From Antedon mediterranea (lineage: Eukaryota; Animalia; Echinodermata): DNA of 64,000 bases. The position numbers and the translations under genes were made by a program. Position 1 is the first letter of the stretch, and every line of letters starts with the position of its first letter. Location of the stretch: the NCBI RefSeq assembly GCF_964355755.1, contig NC_092670.1, positions 19,578,795 to 19,642,794 on the forward strand, given 5' to 3'. Below are positions 1-12,700 of this stretch, piece after piece. The notes under the pieces were generated by a model. It was not told the DNA's origin and ran no database searches. It saw nothing but the letters and a program-made list of their open reading frames with translations.

Positions 1-1367
1 AGCAATAAGGCATAATAATTCTGCCGTCAATTTTCTCGTTTAAAACATAGATAGGCCTAGGCTAGGCTAAATAAATACAAAAAAAATGGCTAGGCCTAGG
101 GCCAGGCCCTAGTTATTATTCTTTTTTTAGCTAGAGGCCTAGGTCCTAGCAGGAAGAAGGTGGGCACTGGTCTGTATTTATAACCGTTTATTTATAAATA
201 ATATACATAAATAAGGTTTTAGGTATCAAACTTTGGTAAATAAATAGGCATACTGACTGAAAATAATTTACCTTGCGCAGTTTAAAATTTTCTGGCAATT
301 TGAGTGTAATAAATTTGCTCAAGAAAATCCCTGCGTAATTTCAAATTGCACCAATCATTCAAATTGCGAATAACATGTTAAATACCAATTCTCGTGAACA
401 CTCTAGGCTAAGCGGGGATGACTAATATTAATAATGTGTGTACGTTACGGTGCAAATTAAATCAAGTGACTAAGTAAGATTCAGTAAGTAAATTACTTTT
501 AAATTAGGCCTAGTCCTTATCTAAAAAAAGACATTTTTTTAATACAATTTAGTATCTGTTAGTTAGGTTATGATTTTATTAATGTTTTTAAACGAATATT
601 TCACAATGTGAAAACCGTTATTCTTGTGCTGTTGTTACATGTAAACTTTCTACAGTTATATTACCTCTTTACAACATTTTGTGTTTATACAAAAACAGTA
701 AATCCTGCCTGTAGGGTCTTTATATGCTACCATATTGTATCAATGTTTGTTATATTACATTATGTAATCAGGTATTCAATGGTGAATGTCAAATGCATAA
801 AAGGACATCAATTTAATTCTAAAAATATTTACATATTGTGGTTTTAAAAAACCAGACTTCCTTATTCTTTGCTCCAAAATGTCCCAAATTCTCTTTATAT
901 TGCATAAAAAACTTGCTAAAATACAGATTTTCAAGAGTTTCAATTCAAAGGAATACCCCCTAGATAAAATAGTATTTTACGAGAGTATACTTTATACATA
1001 AAAATGTTAAATAAAATAAAATAGTATTATAAATAGGTTAATTGAGGTTACTACAGATAAAACGTCTCATGAAAGAACGGAGTTATCTCTTTGACAGAAA
1101 ATTAAGATGAATACTGTACATTTTACTGTATTTTTTGGTACATTTAAAAACACAAATTACTGATGTTGAATGACAATATTTTAATTTAGAAAGCTGCCTT
1201 AATTATAGTAGTTTATTATTATTTTTTAGCACCTTCTAAATCCATTAATATACTGTAAAATATTGAGATTTTTATACACATACTTTTATATATAAATTGT
1301 ATTGTTTTTTATTGATTGTTTCTATGAATTTTAAATCAACCTGATCCATTTATATTAATTAATCATA

Positions 1368-2554
1368 CTAGATGGTACGCTCGCTTCGCTCGCGTACCAT
1401 CTAGGTCGTGCCCACAGATGGTTCTCGAATATACAGTAATTTCAGCGTAACAAAACTGGCGATTTCAAATGTACGTACCGCAGGACTATAATACATTGTC
1501 GTTTACAGAAACGAATAAATAGACACGATGATTTATGTAGTCAACTAAAATTAGCACCCTGGGAATTACTTCCGAAGGAGAAACTTATCACAAAATGAGT
1601 CCAAATTTTTGATTTGGACTCATTTAACGAAACCCAATTTGTGTTTTGTATGTAACATTAGGGTTGAGGGATGAGAAAGCAGATAGGTACAAAGAGGAAC
1701 AATTTTTAAATATATTCTTTATCCACTCAGTAACGAAATATTTTGTTCATGTTTTATAAGCCTACCGGTATACATAATATACCTCTAAATACAGTAAAAC
1801 ATTTGCGATTTAATACTTTGTTAAAACTGTCACTGTCATAATCGATTGAAATATTAAAGTACATGTCACGATACACCACTACGACGTTTATATTTTTGGT
1901 AATTATTAATTAATACAAACGTTGAGAAGGAACTGTCAGTATAAAGTTTATTTGTATGTGTATTTACAGTATTGTCAAAGTATTGCAAGAAGTTTATTCT
2001 CAAAGGGCCCATATATTTACCTACCATATGTGTTAAACCAAGGGCTCATAAATTTACCTTGTGTTAAACCAAACTCTGGCAGACTGAGAGATTGGGATGT
2101 TCCATTCATCGCAAATCAATACATTTGTATAATCTTATATTAAATCTATCAAAATAGTATTTTTTAAAGAAAATCGGCCTGTCTTCAACATTATGATGCT
2201 GTACTCTAGCTGTTCAACCGGTTTTCAGCTATTAAAAACAATTATCGTAGGAGGAGATAGGAAAATGCGAAGCCTCCTCGCATTTTTGTGGCGGGTATTT
2301 TTCAAGATGGACATTCATTAGACAGTGTATACCACGATCGGAATACACTCCTGTTTGGGGCAAATCGTTGAACCTAAATTCGTTTTAATCGTCAATAACT
2401 AATTATCTAACTTAATTTAATTAGTAAACAGGGTTACATCAGGTGGTTAAAATCAGTACCGAAAGTACGAACCAACTTTATATACCATCGAGTAAAAATT
2501 CTAGAAGTAAGGCGCGATTTACCGAATTTTGCCCTTACGTAAATTTATAATAGA
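1368..2554 (-). mobile_element. Non-autonomous Helitron
   Basis: On the - strand it starts TC (TCTATTATAAA at 2554) after an A and ends CTAG (1368-1371) before a T. The 3' hairpin is 1368-1404. About 370 bp are shared with the copy at 28414. The 5' end is inferred from motif only. Confidence 0.7.
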
Positions 2555-3835
2555 TTAAATGTTCACTTCAGTTTATATGTTTACTGTTATAGGATTGCAA
2601 TAAAATTATATTATTTTATATCTTAATTCAATTTAAATAGTTGAAACTAAAACAGTATTCCATTCCAGACACAACGTTTAACCATGAAGGGTAAAATTCT
2701 CTGTTTTCATCCTACCTAAAATCTTTCCACAAAAACCTACTATACGAGTGATTTACTGTTTACTGTATTACTTCCTCTATGGTATAACGTTTTTCTCTTA
2801 TTATAGTTATAATACTTATAATAATAGTGTTTACTTTATGATACAGTTTATATCAATAGACTGAATTCTGAAAATGTTTTTTGCATTATTGTTATTCAAA
2901 GTACAGTCACATATAACTTATAACCATAACCAAAATAATGGGAGTGAGCATAGCAAGTAAATCCGAACACTGTGAGCAAAAATACCAGAATCATTGTTAA
3001 TCACTGAATTCTTTGTGTGTTTTCTATACACGCCTGAACACATCATAAAGGCTTATTCAGGGTGTTTAGGACTACTACTGTAGTTTCGTTAAGTCACAGT
3101 CAATTGGGTATATGGTATGCTTAATCTTTTGTACTAATCCTTGTAGTAGCCAGTGTAATATTATAAAAGTAAAAATAGAAAATGTTTTATCTACAAAATG
3201 ATAGCACTTTTTACTATTGAATTTATATAATAAACTGACTTAAATTTTTTTATATTGGTAAATACTATATTAATTTTCTTGTAATCTTGATTTACAATTT
3301 ACATCTTTTTGATAGCTTACTAATACTATTAATTATTTATATAAATTGTACCAATTTAATATTCATGACACTTGTAAATTTTGATATGAAGTATATGTTA
3401 TTGTAATTAATGTACAGTACTGTATGTTCTTCTCATAATAACTATCCAGAGTAAAGTTCATGCATTAACAGCAATCAAATCATTTCCATAATGAATTTAA
3501 AAGGCCTTGTGCAATAATACAAAGTAAGAGGGTACTGAGAAAAGAATTCTAAACACTTTGCGATCAAAGCCCTTCCTTGTGTAGGCCTTGTTTTCTACAT
3601 ACATGTTACTGTAGGTGAGTGATCCCATTCCCACCCCTCAAAAGACCAGGCCTGTTCATGCAGTACGAAAAAGATTGTGAAAAATGAATGGAAAAAGATA
3701 CAGTAGAGCCTCTCCTTTGGGATTCCTATTAAGGGAACATTTTCCCACGAAACAAACAAGGGGAATTGTATGTTTTAACATTCCGGCTATCTTTCAGTCT
3801 CATCATTATTATCCTGTCCAGATGGTGCCCCCATG

Positions 3836-3992
3836 AACTTGATTCCCACTAGAGACGCAATGAAACAACGTAACTCAATGTACGTGATTTGACCCAATTA
3901 GAGGCGTTCGCAATCAAACAGACGCTTGTCATTGATCGACTCGATTGCTTTGCTTCCTCATCCTTGCGCTGCGTCCCGTTGTGGGAACAAAG
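3836..3992. mobile_element. Degenerate MITE related to the GGTTCCCACTAG-TIR family
   Basis: Imperfect TIRs AACTTGATTCCCACTAG / GTTGTGGGAACAAAGTT, with internal similarity to 22207..22382. Confidence 0.5.
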
Positions 3993-4509
3993 TTATTAAG
4001 AGTTCTACGATAATTTTAGTTTTAAACATTTCCAATGTCAATCAGACATTAACTCCAATGTTAAGGTTAAAAAATCTTTGTTTACCAAGAGCAAACAATT
4101 ATTCAACATTTGGTAAAATGATGTCCCATCTTGTGATTGATACCCACTAAAGTATATTGGATTATATTAATTCAACACTTTACAAATCGACCCTTGGTAC
4201 TGCTGTTGTTTACTTAAAGGAGAAACAAACAGTGTGCCAAATTCCCTTTTTAACAAAATGTGTAGTCATACCCTCTATATAAAGCCTTATCTATTGTAAA
4301 TAATAGATATTAGAAATTGCAGAATTTTAACTATGGAAAAAATCAAATAAATTAATTGTTTACTAATTTAGTATTGTACTGTAATTGTAACTACTGTGGA
4401 GTACTGTAGCTTTGTGTTGAGTAATTGGTCAGTTTGGTTGTTTTTTTTGCCCTACTCTGAAGTAATTTGTACTTTATACATTGAGAATACTTGCGAACAA
4501 ATTTCCAAG

Positions 4510-4590
4510 TAAGTTGTGTTGTTCTAAGTACTTGAACCCACGACCTCCAGATCACTAGCCTGACGTTCATACCTGTAGAGCACCAAGCTT
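4510..4590 (-). mobile_element. Degenerate tRNA-derived SINE head
   Basis: The - strand reads ...GGAGGTCGTGGGTTCAAGT, a B-box-like motif with a tRNA-like upstream context. Confidence 0.35.
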
Positions 4591-4949
4591 GCGTTGATGG
4601 CTAGGGGTAGATTCGAAAGAAATAATTATAACAGATAGAAACATGCTGTAAATGCACAAGCAATGTTTAGAATTCATTTTAATTTTGAATTACTGATAGC
4701 ATTAATTGTGTTTTATTAATGTTAATTCGTCCTTAATGAATTATTCAATGATGCAATCACTTTGTGCTAATTTTGTGCAATGTAATAAAATCTATTGTTG
4801 TATCTTGTCATAGTAATAATGAAGGTCATTTCAATTTCAGCGTTATTATGTTCAATTTTTATATCGGTATATTTTATTTAAAATTCACATACAAATTACA
4901 TACATGGCAGCACATGGCTGAATTGCATTTATGTATTACACTATAAAAA

Positions 4950-5380
4950 ATATTTAAACTATAGTCCCTATCAACAATACATACATATATAAAAACGAAT
5001 AAATTAGACTGCAGTTACCTCAAATAATACAAGCAAAAAAAAATAAAAAAGTTTGTTCAAAAGTTCAACCATAAAAGGGACAGGACTAGTTTGGAAACGT
5101 TTTGTTTTGTAACTATAGTTTTCCACTTTACGATTATGTCTAAGGGTCATGCAGGATCTATACTGAGGGGCAGGGAACCAGGTGGAGAATTGACCAGAGG
5201 CGTGTGCTTTAGAGGCAAAAACCTTGCAAGAGTGCCATCTTCTTGTGTGGAGTGGTTGAAGATTTAAAATGGCAAGAGAATCCGAGTATGTTGTATACTC
5301 ATTGCCCAACACAATCTTGCAGACACGCTTCTGAATCTTTTCCACCTGATTCACCTGTCCCTGCGTAAGATCTGCATGCC
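4950..5380 (-). mobile_element. 5'-truncated LINE 3' fragment (CR1/L2 group ORF2 C-terminus)
   Basis: ORF 5004..5354 (EKIQKRVCKIVLG...YSDSLAILNLQPLHTRR...TKRFQTSPVPF...LLN) resembles the C-terminal tail of CR1/L2-group reverse transcriptases. Confidence 0.7.
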
Positions 5381-6703
5381 AATTTTCTTCATTATTACAG
5401 AACTTGAAAGTAGAATCAATTTACATACTCTATCAGTGTACAGTAGGCCTATTAATAATTATGTATTGTATTGCACAAAATCAGTACCTGGTACATGAGC
5501 AATATTTCATGTCTGGTGACAAATAACCATACTGCAGTATCGAGTCTTCTGACAGCAATCTTCATCACATATCACAAGGGATACTGTACTTTAGTACTGT
5601 ATAACAAGAGATTTAACTGATAGAAGGTTAGGTTAAGTTAATATTTAGAAGTTTGGTGCTTCTAGCTTTTGCCTTCAGCTGAGTGACAGAATACTGCAGA
5701 ATGTTTATTGCTTCTAGACATGATACAGTTAAGTACTGTACATACTAGAATCAACCGAAATTAGTTAGTGATTCACAGTCTTTGAAGTAAAAGATGACCT
5801 GTTCTATTGTGAAACAGTATGAGAGTAAGTGATCCCAAGTGATCCTCTTTGCATAATAATTTCATGAATAGATGGAAAATGCATTGTCAATATGCAATTA
5901 TTGCTAATGGTTTATGGTGGTGGTTGACACAACCTTAAAATGAGCTCATGTTTAATGTAAATTCTGCTGAGCATATCCAATGAGTCTTTTTTTTTGCATA
6001 CTGGTATGTTATTGCTTGCAAGTCAAATGAAAGGTAAAGGGCATTAATTACTCCTTTAGTCTGAGTGGACCAACTGACTGGTTAATGTGCGCACCTCTGC
6101 CCTTTGTAGGCTCTAAACCTTTTAACCTCAAGTTTTTATTTAGCAATAGCAGCCATTGTAAAGTTTTATCATACATACATAATATAGCTTCAACTGTATA
6201 GCTGTACTTTTTTCAGTGAATTGCTTTAAGAGTACTGCTTCCCTGTTTGAAAATATATTGCTTGATCAGAGACTCTCAATTGTTTTATAGACAATAGCCA
6301 CAGTGTTTGGCGAGTGATATGTAAACACAATATCATCCATTAAAAATGTAACGGATATTAAACACTAATAAGTATCATATCAGTTCAAAGTGTAATTTAT
6401 TTTTATCTAATTAAACAAAGCATGTCTGATTCATTGAATTTAATTTCGTGATAATTGATAATGAAAGGTGTTAATACTGTAGGTGAAATACCTGTCTAAA
6501 CAATTGAACAGTACAAGACATACTGGCATGGTAGTAAATGGCAGGATACGAAGTAAAAGGTTTAAAATACATACTGGCTGTAGGTGTCATATTTTTATAC
6601 GTTAAAATATAATATTCAACAATAGAAATATGAATACACCACACTGATTTATTTTAATCTACTTCCAGATATTTGATATTGATTCGAGGCACAGATTTCA
6701 AAC

Positions 6704-9700
6704 ATGGCGAACCACCGCCCCCGTTCCTCCCACTATTATGATGAAGAGGAGGATCTAGAGTTAGAAATACAGCCAGGCTATGAGATGGATATGTACCCAG
6801 AAGCCGCAGGAGAAATATATCAAAATCAACCAGTGCCTAGATATTCACACAAGCTAGGGCCTCATGCACGTGTTCAAGATATACCAATGGATTATAGTAT
6901 GTTTTTGTTGTTATTTTGGTGTTACACACACTCAGATCGCCCACTAAGTCCATAAACTTGTTTCTAATGGGGTCCTTCTGGTGGTGAATTGGTCAGTACA
7001 CCAGGAGACGATTCCCTACTCTTTTTCGAAGAGTGTACCGCGTTCTTTAACATGCACATGAGCCATGTTGCTCAAGGATCCAATGGCATAACGTCTCATC
7101 TAAAAGACTGCGCTATCATGTATTCCAAACCGCAAGGTTGAACACATAGAGAGCGGTGATGGGATTCAAACCGTGGACCAAAGAAAACCGGAAAAAATGG
7201 TCTTTCATGGTTCAGTGCACAACAGTGACTAGCACCAGTTTAGCCGACTGTACTATGTGCTCAAATTACCTTATTTTTTCATAGTAATTAATCTATATAT
7301 AAAATAATATATAATAATTCTCAGAGATTTATTGTTTCAAATTAATTATTTAAATTTTCAGTATATCACCGGGCAGTTTAGAATTCATGTTTTGTTCCTG
7401 ATGTGATTAATAAATAAATATTTTACTGTACTATTATGATTATTTATTTTAATTATTTTCTAGCTAACCAGGGGTATGATGAAAATGGTGATGCACAACA
7501 TATATTTGTTGATGTGGGTAATGACAGAGATATAAACGAGGATTTCTCTAGCGATGAATATAACTCACGAAGTGACAGTGACGACGAAATCGCGAGGAGG
7601 GAGTTTACCGCAGCCTCACTGGAAGACCCTAACAGTATTCTGAATATGTTACCATCTAGGCAATTAGGTACTAACTTTTTTAAATTTTTAGAAAGAAAGA
7701 ATTCTTGTTGATGGTGGCCTTGGAGAAGATTGTAATAATAGCAAACATTCACTAAGTTACAGTATGAGTGAGATAAAAGCCCATACAGTAGCATCTTTTG
7801 TGGCCTTTTCAAACTAGAGGCAGCAGGGAAAGTGATGTTAAATAAGCCTAACTAAACACCCCCTCAGCCTGTTAAAATCCTGACTATCAGCTTGACATTA
7901 TGCCTAGAATTTGTAAACCACACATGCTTTGTTATTCGTACTTTTGTTCTATGTTTGATTTTTATAGCTGGCAGTTTAGCACGAGTTCAGTCATCGCATT
8001 CATGGGTACGCAATCGAAAAAGTGGAAAAAATGGTTTTAAGACGATCAGAGGCAAGAGAGGACAAGAGGCAACGGAGGAGGTGATCGAGCGGATGCTAGG
8101 TAACGATAAAGTTGACGGTTCTAGAAAAGGGCAGCTTTTCCGACGTGAGACGGTCAAAGGACTGTCTAGTAGTATGGAAGCAAAGAGGCATATCAGGTGA
8201 GTATGGTCTTTAGCCCTAAATACTTCTGTAAATTAAAGCCCTGTTTACACTAAAATAGCTTGTTTTTGTTGTGTGTACAAAAGAGTTGTGCAGTTGTGAA
8301 CAATATAATATATATATATATATATATATGTAAATCAATGATGTTGCGTAGCACTGTGTAAATTATATATAAATCATACTGTAAATTATAGAAACAGTGC
8401 TCATATTCGGAACATGATCTCATAATCGCGTCGAGCATAGCTCATTGGCGAAAGTTCCGTATTTTTTAGTTGTATGAAAAAATGTCTCTGGCTGGATTCG
8501 AACCTGCAACCTCTCGCTTACAGGGCGAGTATCATACCACTAGACCACAGAGCCATGTATGGTATTATCACAGATTTTCACCCACCAGATACATTCTCTC
8601 ATACAACAAACGCCCTCACAATCAGTGGAGGCTTAACAAGTCAGAATAAATTCCAACTTTAATTCGCAACGGTTTTTTAAATAATATTGTGTATTTGTAA
8701 ATCAATGATGTTGCGTAGCACTGTGTAAATTATATATAAATCATACTGTAAATTATAGAAACAGTGCTCATATTCGGAACATGATCTCATAATCGCGTCG
8801 AGCATAGCTCATTGGCGAAAGTTCCGTATTTTTTAGTTGTATGAAAAAATGTCTCTGGCTGGATTCGAACCTGCAACCTCTCGCTTACAGGGCGAGTATC
8901 ATACCACTAGACCACAGAGCCATGTATGGTATTATCACAGATTTTTTTATTTTTGAGAGAATGTATCTGGTGGGTGAAAATCTGTGATAATACCATACAT
9001 GGCTCTGTGGTCTAGTGGTATGATACTCGCCCTGTAAGCGAGAGGTTGCAGGTTCGAATCCAGCCAGAGACATTTTTTCATACAACTAAAAAAATACGGA
9101 ACTTTCGCCAATGAGCTATGCTCGAAGCGATTATAAGATCATGTTCCGAATATGAGCACTGTTTCTATAATTTACAGTATGATTTATATATATATATATA
9201 TATATATAAATCCAAAGGCAAATTACTGAAAAAAATGACAATGCTGTGGGTATCAGTGGCTGGATCTCAATGGAGATACAAAAATAAAAAGCGAAAAGCT
9301 AAATCAAAACGATAAAGTAAACAGCCAGAAAAGTTAGCAGAGCTTTCGGGCAACACTAGCCCTTCATCAGTGCAAGTGAAGGAATTATATTATATTGTTC
9401 TTCTTTTATTCCTGTCCATTGAGATCCAGCCACTGATACCCACAGCATTGTCATTTTTTTCAGTAATTTGCCTTTGGATTTATATATATATATATATATA
9501 TAAAAAAATCAAGATCAAATAAGTTAAAACTGCCTCAATATAGATTTATTTTAACGACATGTCGTTAAAATAAATCTATATTGAGGCAGTTTTAACTTAT
9601 TTGATCTTGATTTTTTTCTATATCCTGCCTATGCAGCTCTTTGATTTATATATATATATATATATATATATACCGGGTGCAGGAAATGTAAACCTTTACC

Positions 9701-12700
9701 CATCACAACTCAAGGCCAACTCATTGTATGACGGGGCCCCATGATGTTTAAAGTTCTTGCAATGACCTAAAAACTATGCCAGGTGCTATTGCAAGATAAC
9801 TTGTCTCTCTGAGATTCAACTCAGACAGCACCGATGAGTCTCCTCTAGGAGCAGGCATCAATTACCAACACTGAAAATTTTCATTGTCATTTCTATTAGG
9901 TCAAGGGTTGAAGAGGAATCATTAAAAAAGAAGAAGACAAGCAAACAACAGTCTTTAAACTACTGTACTGTATGGTGGTACTCTGTACTGCTGGTAAGAA
10001 ATCCTTTTGTACTTTCAGACATGTTAAAACTATGTGATATCATTTTTTAATTTTTTTTTTTTTAACCATATTTCATGATGGTAGCAAAGTTATATGTAAA
10101 CATGACAATACAATTTTTGACAGCCCTGTGATATACGGGAAATTAATTTTTAAATGGTTAAGATGAGGAAATCTGAGAAAGAGAAAAAATCACTTGTTAT
10201 TTGCTAGAGCTTATACATTTTATTAAATACTGTACATTCAACTCTTCTCAAAACCACATGGAAGACCATTTTTTTTTCAATTCTTTAAAATATCTTTTCT
10301 AATAACTAATTTAAGTGTGTGCGAGTTTACTGTTTTTTGTGAATTTTATTGAAAAGTAATTACCTTTGACCTTTTTTTAAATGAAGCAATGGGATCGTTT
10401 CAAGAGTAGAGTAAGGGATGCATTCTATTCACTCAGCTTATGGGAAGGTTCACTGAAAAAAATAGAGGGTAATTTTGGCAGTGGTGTCGTGTCATACTTC
10501 ATATTATTACGGTGGCTGTTATTGTGGAACATACCAGTGTTGCTATTGAGCTTCTGTTTCATCACTATACCTCAACTTATTTATGAAGCTAGCCCTTCTG
10601 TAAATCATATTAAATTTCAAGCACAAGATATCCTGACAGGAGAGGTATGTGATTGTTGTTATTTTTAAACAGTAGGGTTGAAACATATCATACAATCTCA
10701 CAATAAAGCAAGCAAGTGGAATACAGAAACTTTCAAAATTCAAAATTATCTGGTACTATGTAAGAGTTTTAAACTTGGGGACCAAAATACAGTTCCATCT
10801 TGATGAATAGTTTAATACAATTAGAAGAAAATATACTTGTAAATTGAACCTGCCCTAGTATTACTGTTGACAACAGTTATTGCTTGATTTTAGCATCTAC
10901 CATTCATTTTTAGGGGTGGCTGAGCAACACTGAACTTTATATGGGCTACTACACAAACAAAATAATAAAAGACAAATATGATATGACGTTAGCGTATTTA
11001 TTTACCAGTGCCAGTTATTTTTTAGTTATCCTTTTGGTTCTTGCTCAAGGGTAAGTACAGTAGTATCCTTCCTTTATGGCCACCATGTGTGCCAAAATAT
11101 TTTTGTTATGAAGATTAAGTTGTCTGTTTACAACCTAGACTATTACTACCATACACATGTATATTATGGTAGCAATCATCAGCAGAGATTGGTGTACAAA
11201 TAGTCTAACCATATTTAGAGCAAATACACAGTGGTGTAACAGCTATAAGCGCTCACTGGCTAAGCCAGGGAGCTTACGGGGTCCAGTGGAAAAAAACAGG
11301 CATTAAAAAAAATGGCTAGAAACGGTCAAGGCCTCCAGTGTTTGAGAGTCCTTAAGGTCCCTAAATCTGGAACCTCAGGCCTCTGTGTTACGCCATGCAG
11401 ACTGTTAAAGAGTACATTTCTAGTGGTTGAATGGAAAACTACCATTGATATTCCTTTCTATCAGAATGTCTGCTGCATACCGTTCCTACTTCACAGTGGG
11501 AGACAGGCAATATAACTACTACACAACTAAGGTACTATGTGGCTGGGACTACAACTTAGTGTCGGCCAGCTCAGCTCAACTTAAGCATAAGAGTATTTTC
11601 TTAGAACTTGGGGTAAGTTTAGCTCTGTGTTTGTCTGTTTGCAAATATTTTACTCATTTATGGCAGGTAAAATAAAGGTCTTCCAAAATTATTTATGATT
11701 GCAATTTGCTTTTTGTAACCAGCTTAAAAAAAGTACCAGTTGCCATTCACCAATCACACTTTTATAGGCTAAGGGAAGAACAATTAAATATTTATTCTGC
11801 TATCTAAGTGAATACTTGGTATTTGAGGGAAATATCTCATGTGTTACTGTTAAATATGACTAGTAATAACTTTTGTTGCTAGGCTTATCTAAGGACTGTA
11901 GTGTCATGTTTGCCACGAGGAGAATTCCCTCTTTTACATGTATGCAAGTGCGTCTATGGTTTTAGAATAAGTGAAAATGATCTTGTTAGGTGTACTATGA
12001 ACTATCTGTTACAATCTTCAAATCTCTTCACTGAATAGGAGAAAATCCTATTTTAGTATGATTTTCCGTTTTTTTGTATTTGTTATATATATGGAATATT
12101 TATTCTGAAATTAAGTGATCAATCAATAATACTTATGACATTTCTTAACTGTATATTGATCATGAAATCATCAATGATTGATCATTATATTTATTCAGGA
12201 ACAACTCAGTGTTCATCATAAAAAAGCAGAGCGGTCATGTACCGATCAACTCGGCTTAATCTGCTTGCGACTCGCTACCAATCTACTAGTACTGACTGTC
12301 ATTGGTTCTGCATGTTATTTAATCTATTATATTTATGAGGAAGATGTCATTGGAAAGGTAACTACAGGTGTATAGCATATACCGGACTAATCATGATAAG
12401 GTGTTCACACCAGATAAATTAGAATATTAAGGTTGATTAATCTAGAATAAGAATTAACAAAATGAAACTGTCTTTAAATTTATACTGGTTTATAATTACA
12501 GTAGTGCTTGTTATTTAATCTATTATATTTATGAGGAAGATGTCATTGGAAAGGTGACTACCGTATATTTCGTTGTATAAGTCGCACTTTTGACACGCAA
12601 ATTTGACCTCTAAATTAAGGGTGCGTCTTATACACCAAACATAAATGCCTCACCACACAGATTGTACATAGGCCTAGAGGCTATCGTCACCTCGTGTGCT

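Larger units (their letters stand above)
8305..9207. repeat. (TA)n-flanked foldback: direct duplication plus inverted copy of a tRNA-containing unit
   Basis: 8328-8578 is repeated directly at 8695-8945. 8365-8600 is repeated inverted at 8955-9190. TA microsatellites lie at both ends. Confidence 0.9.
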
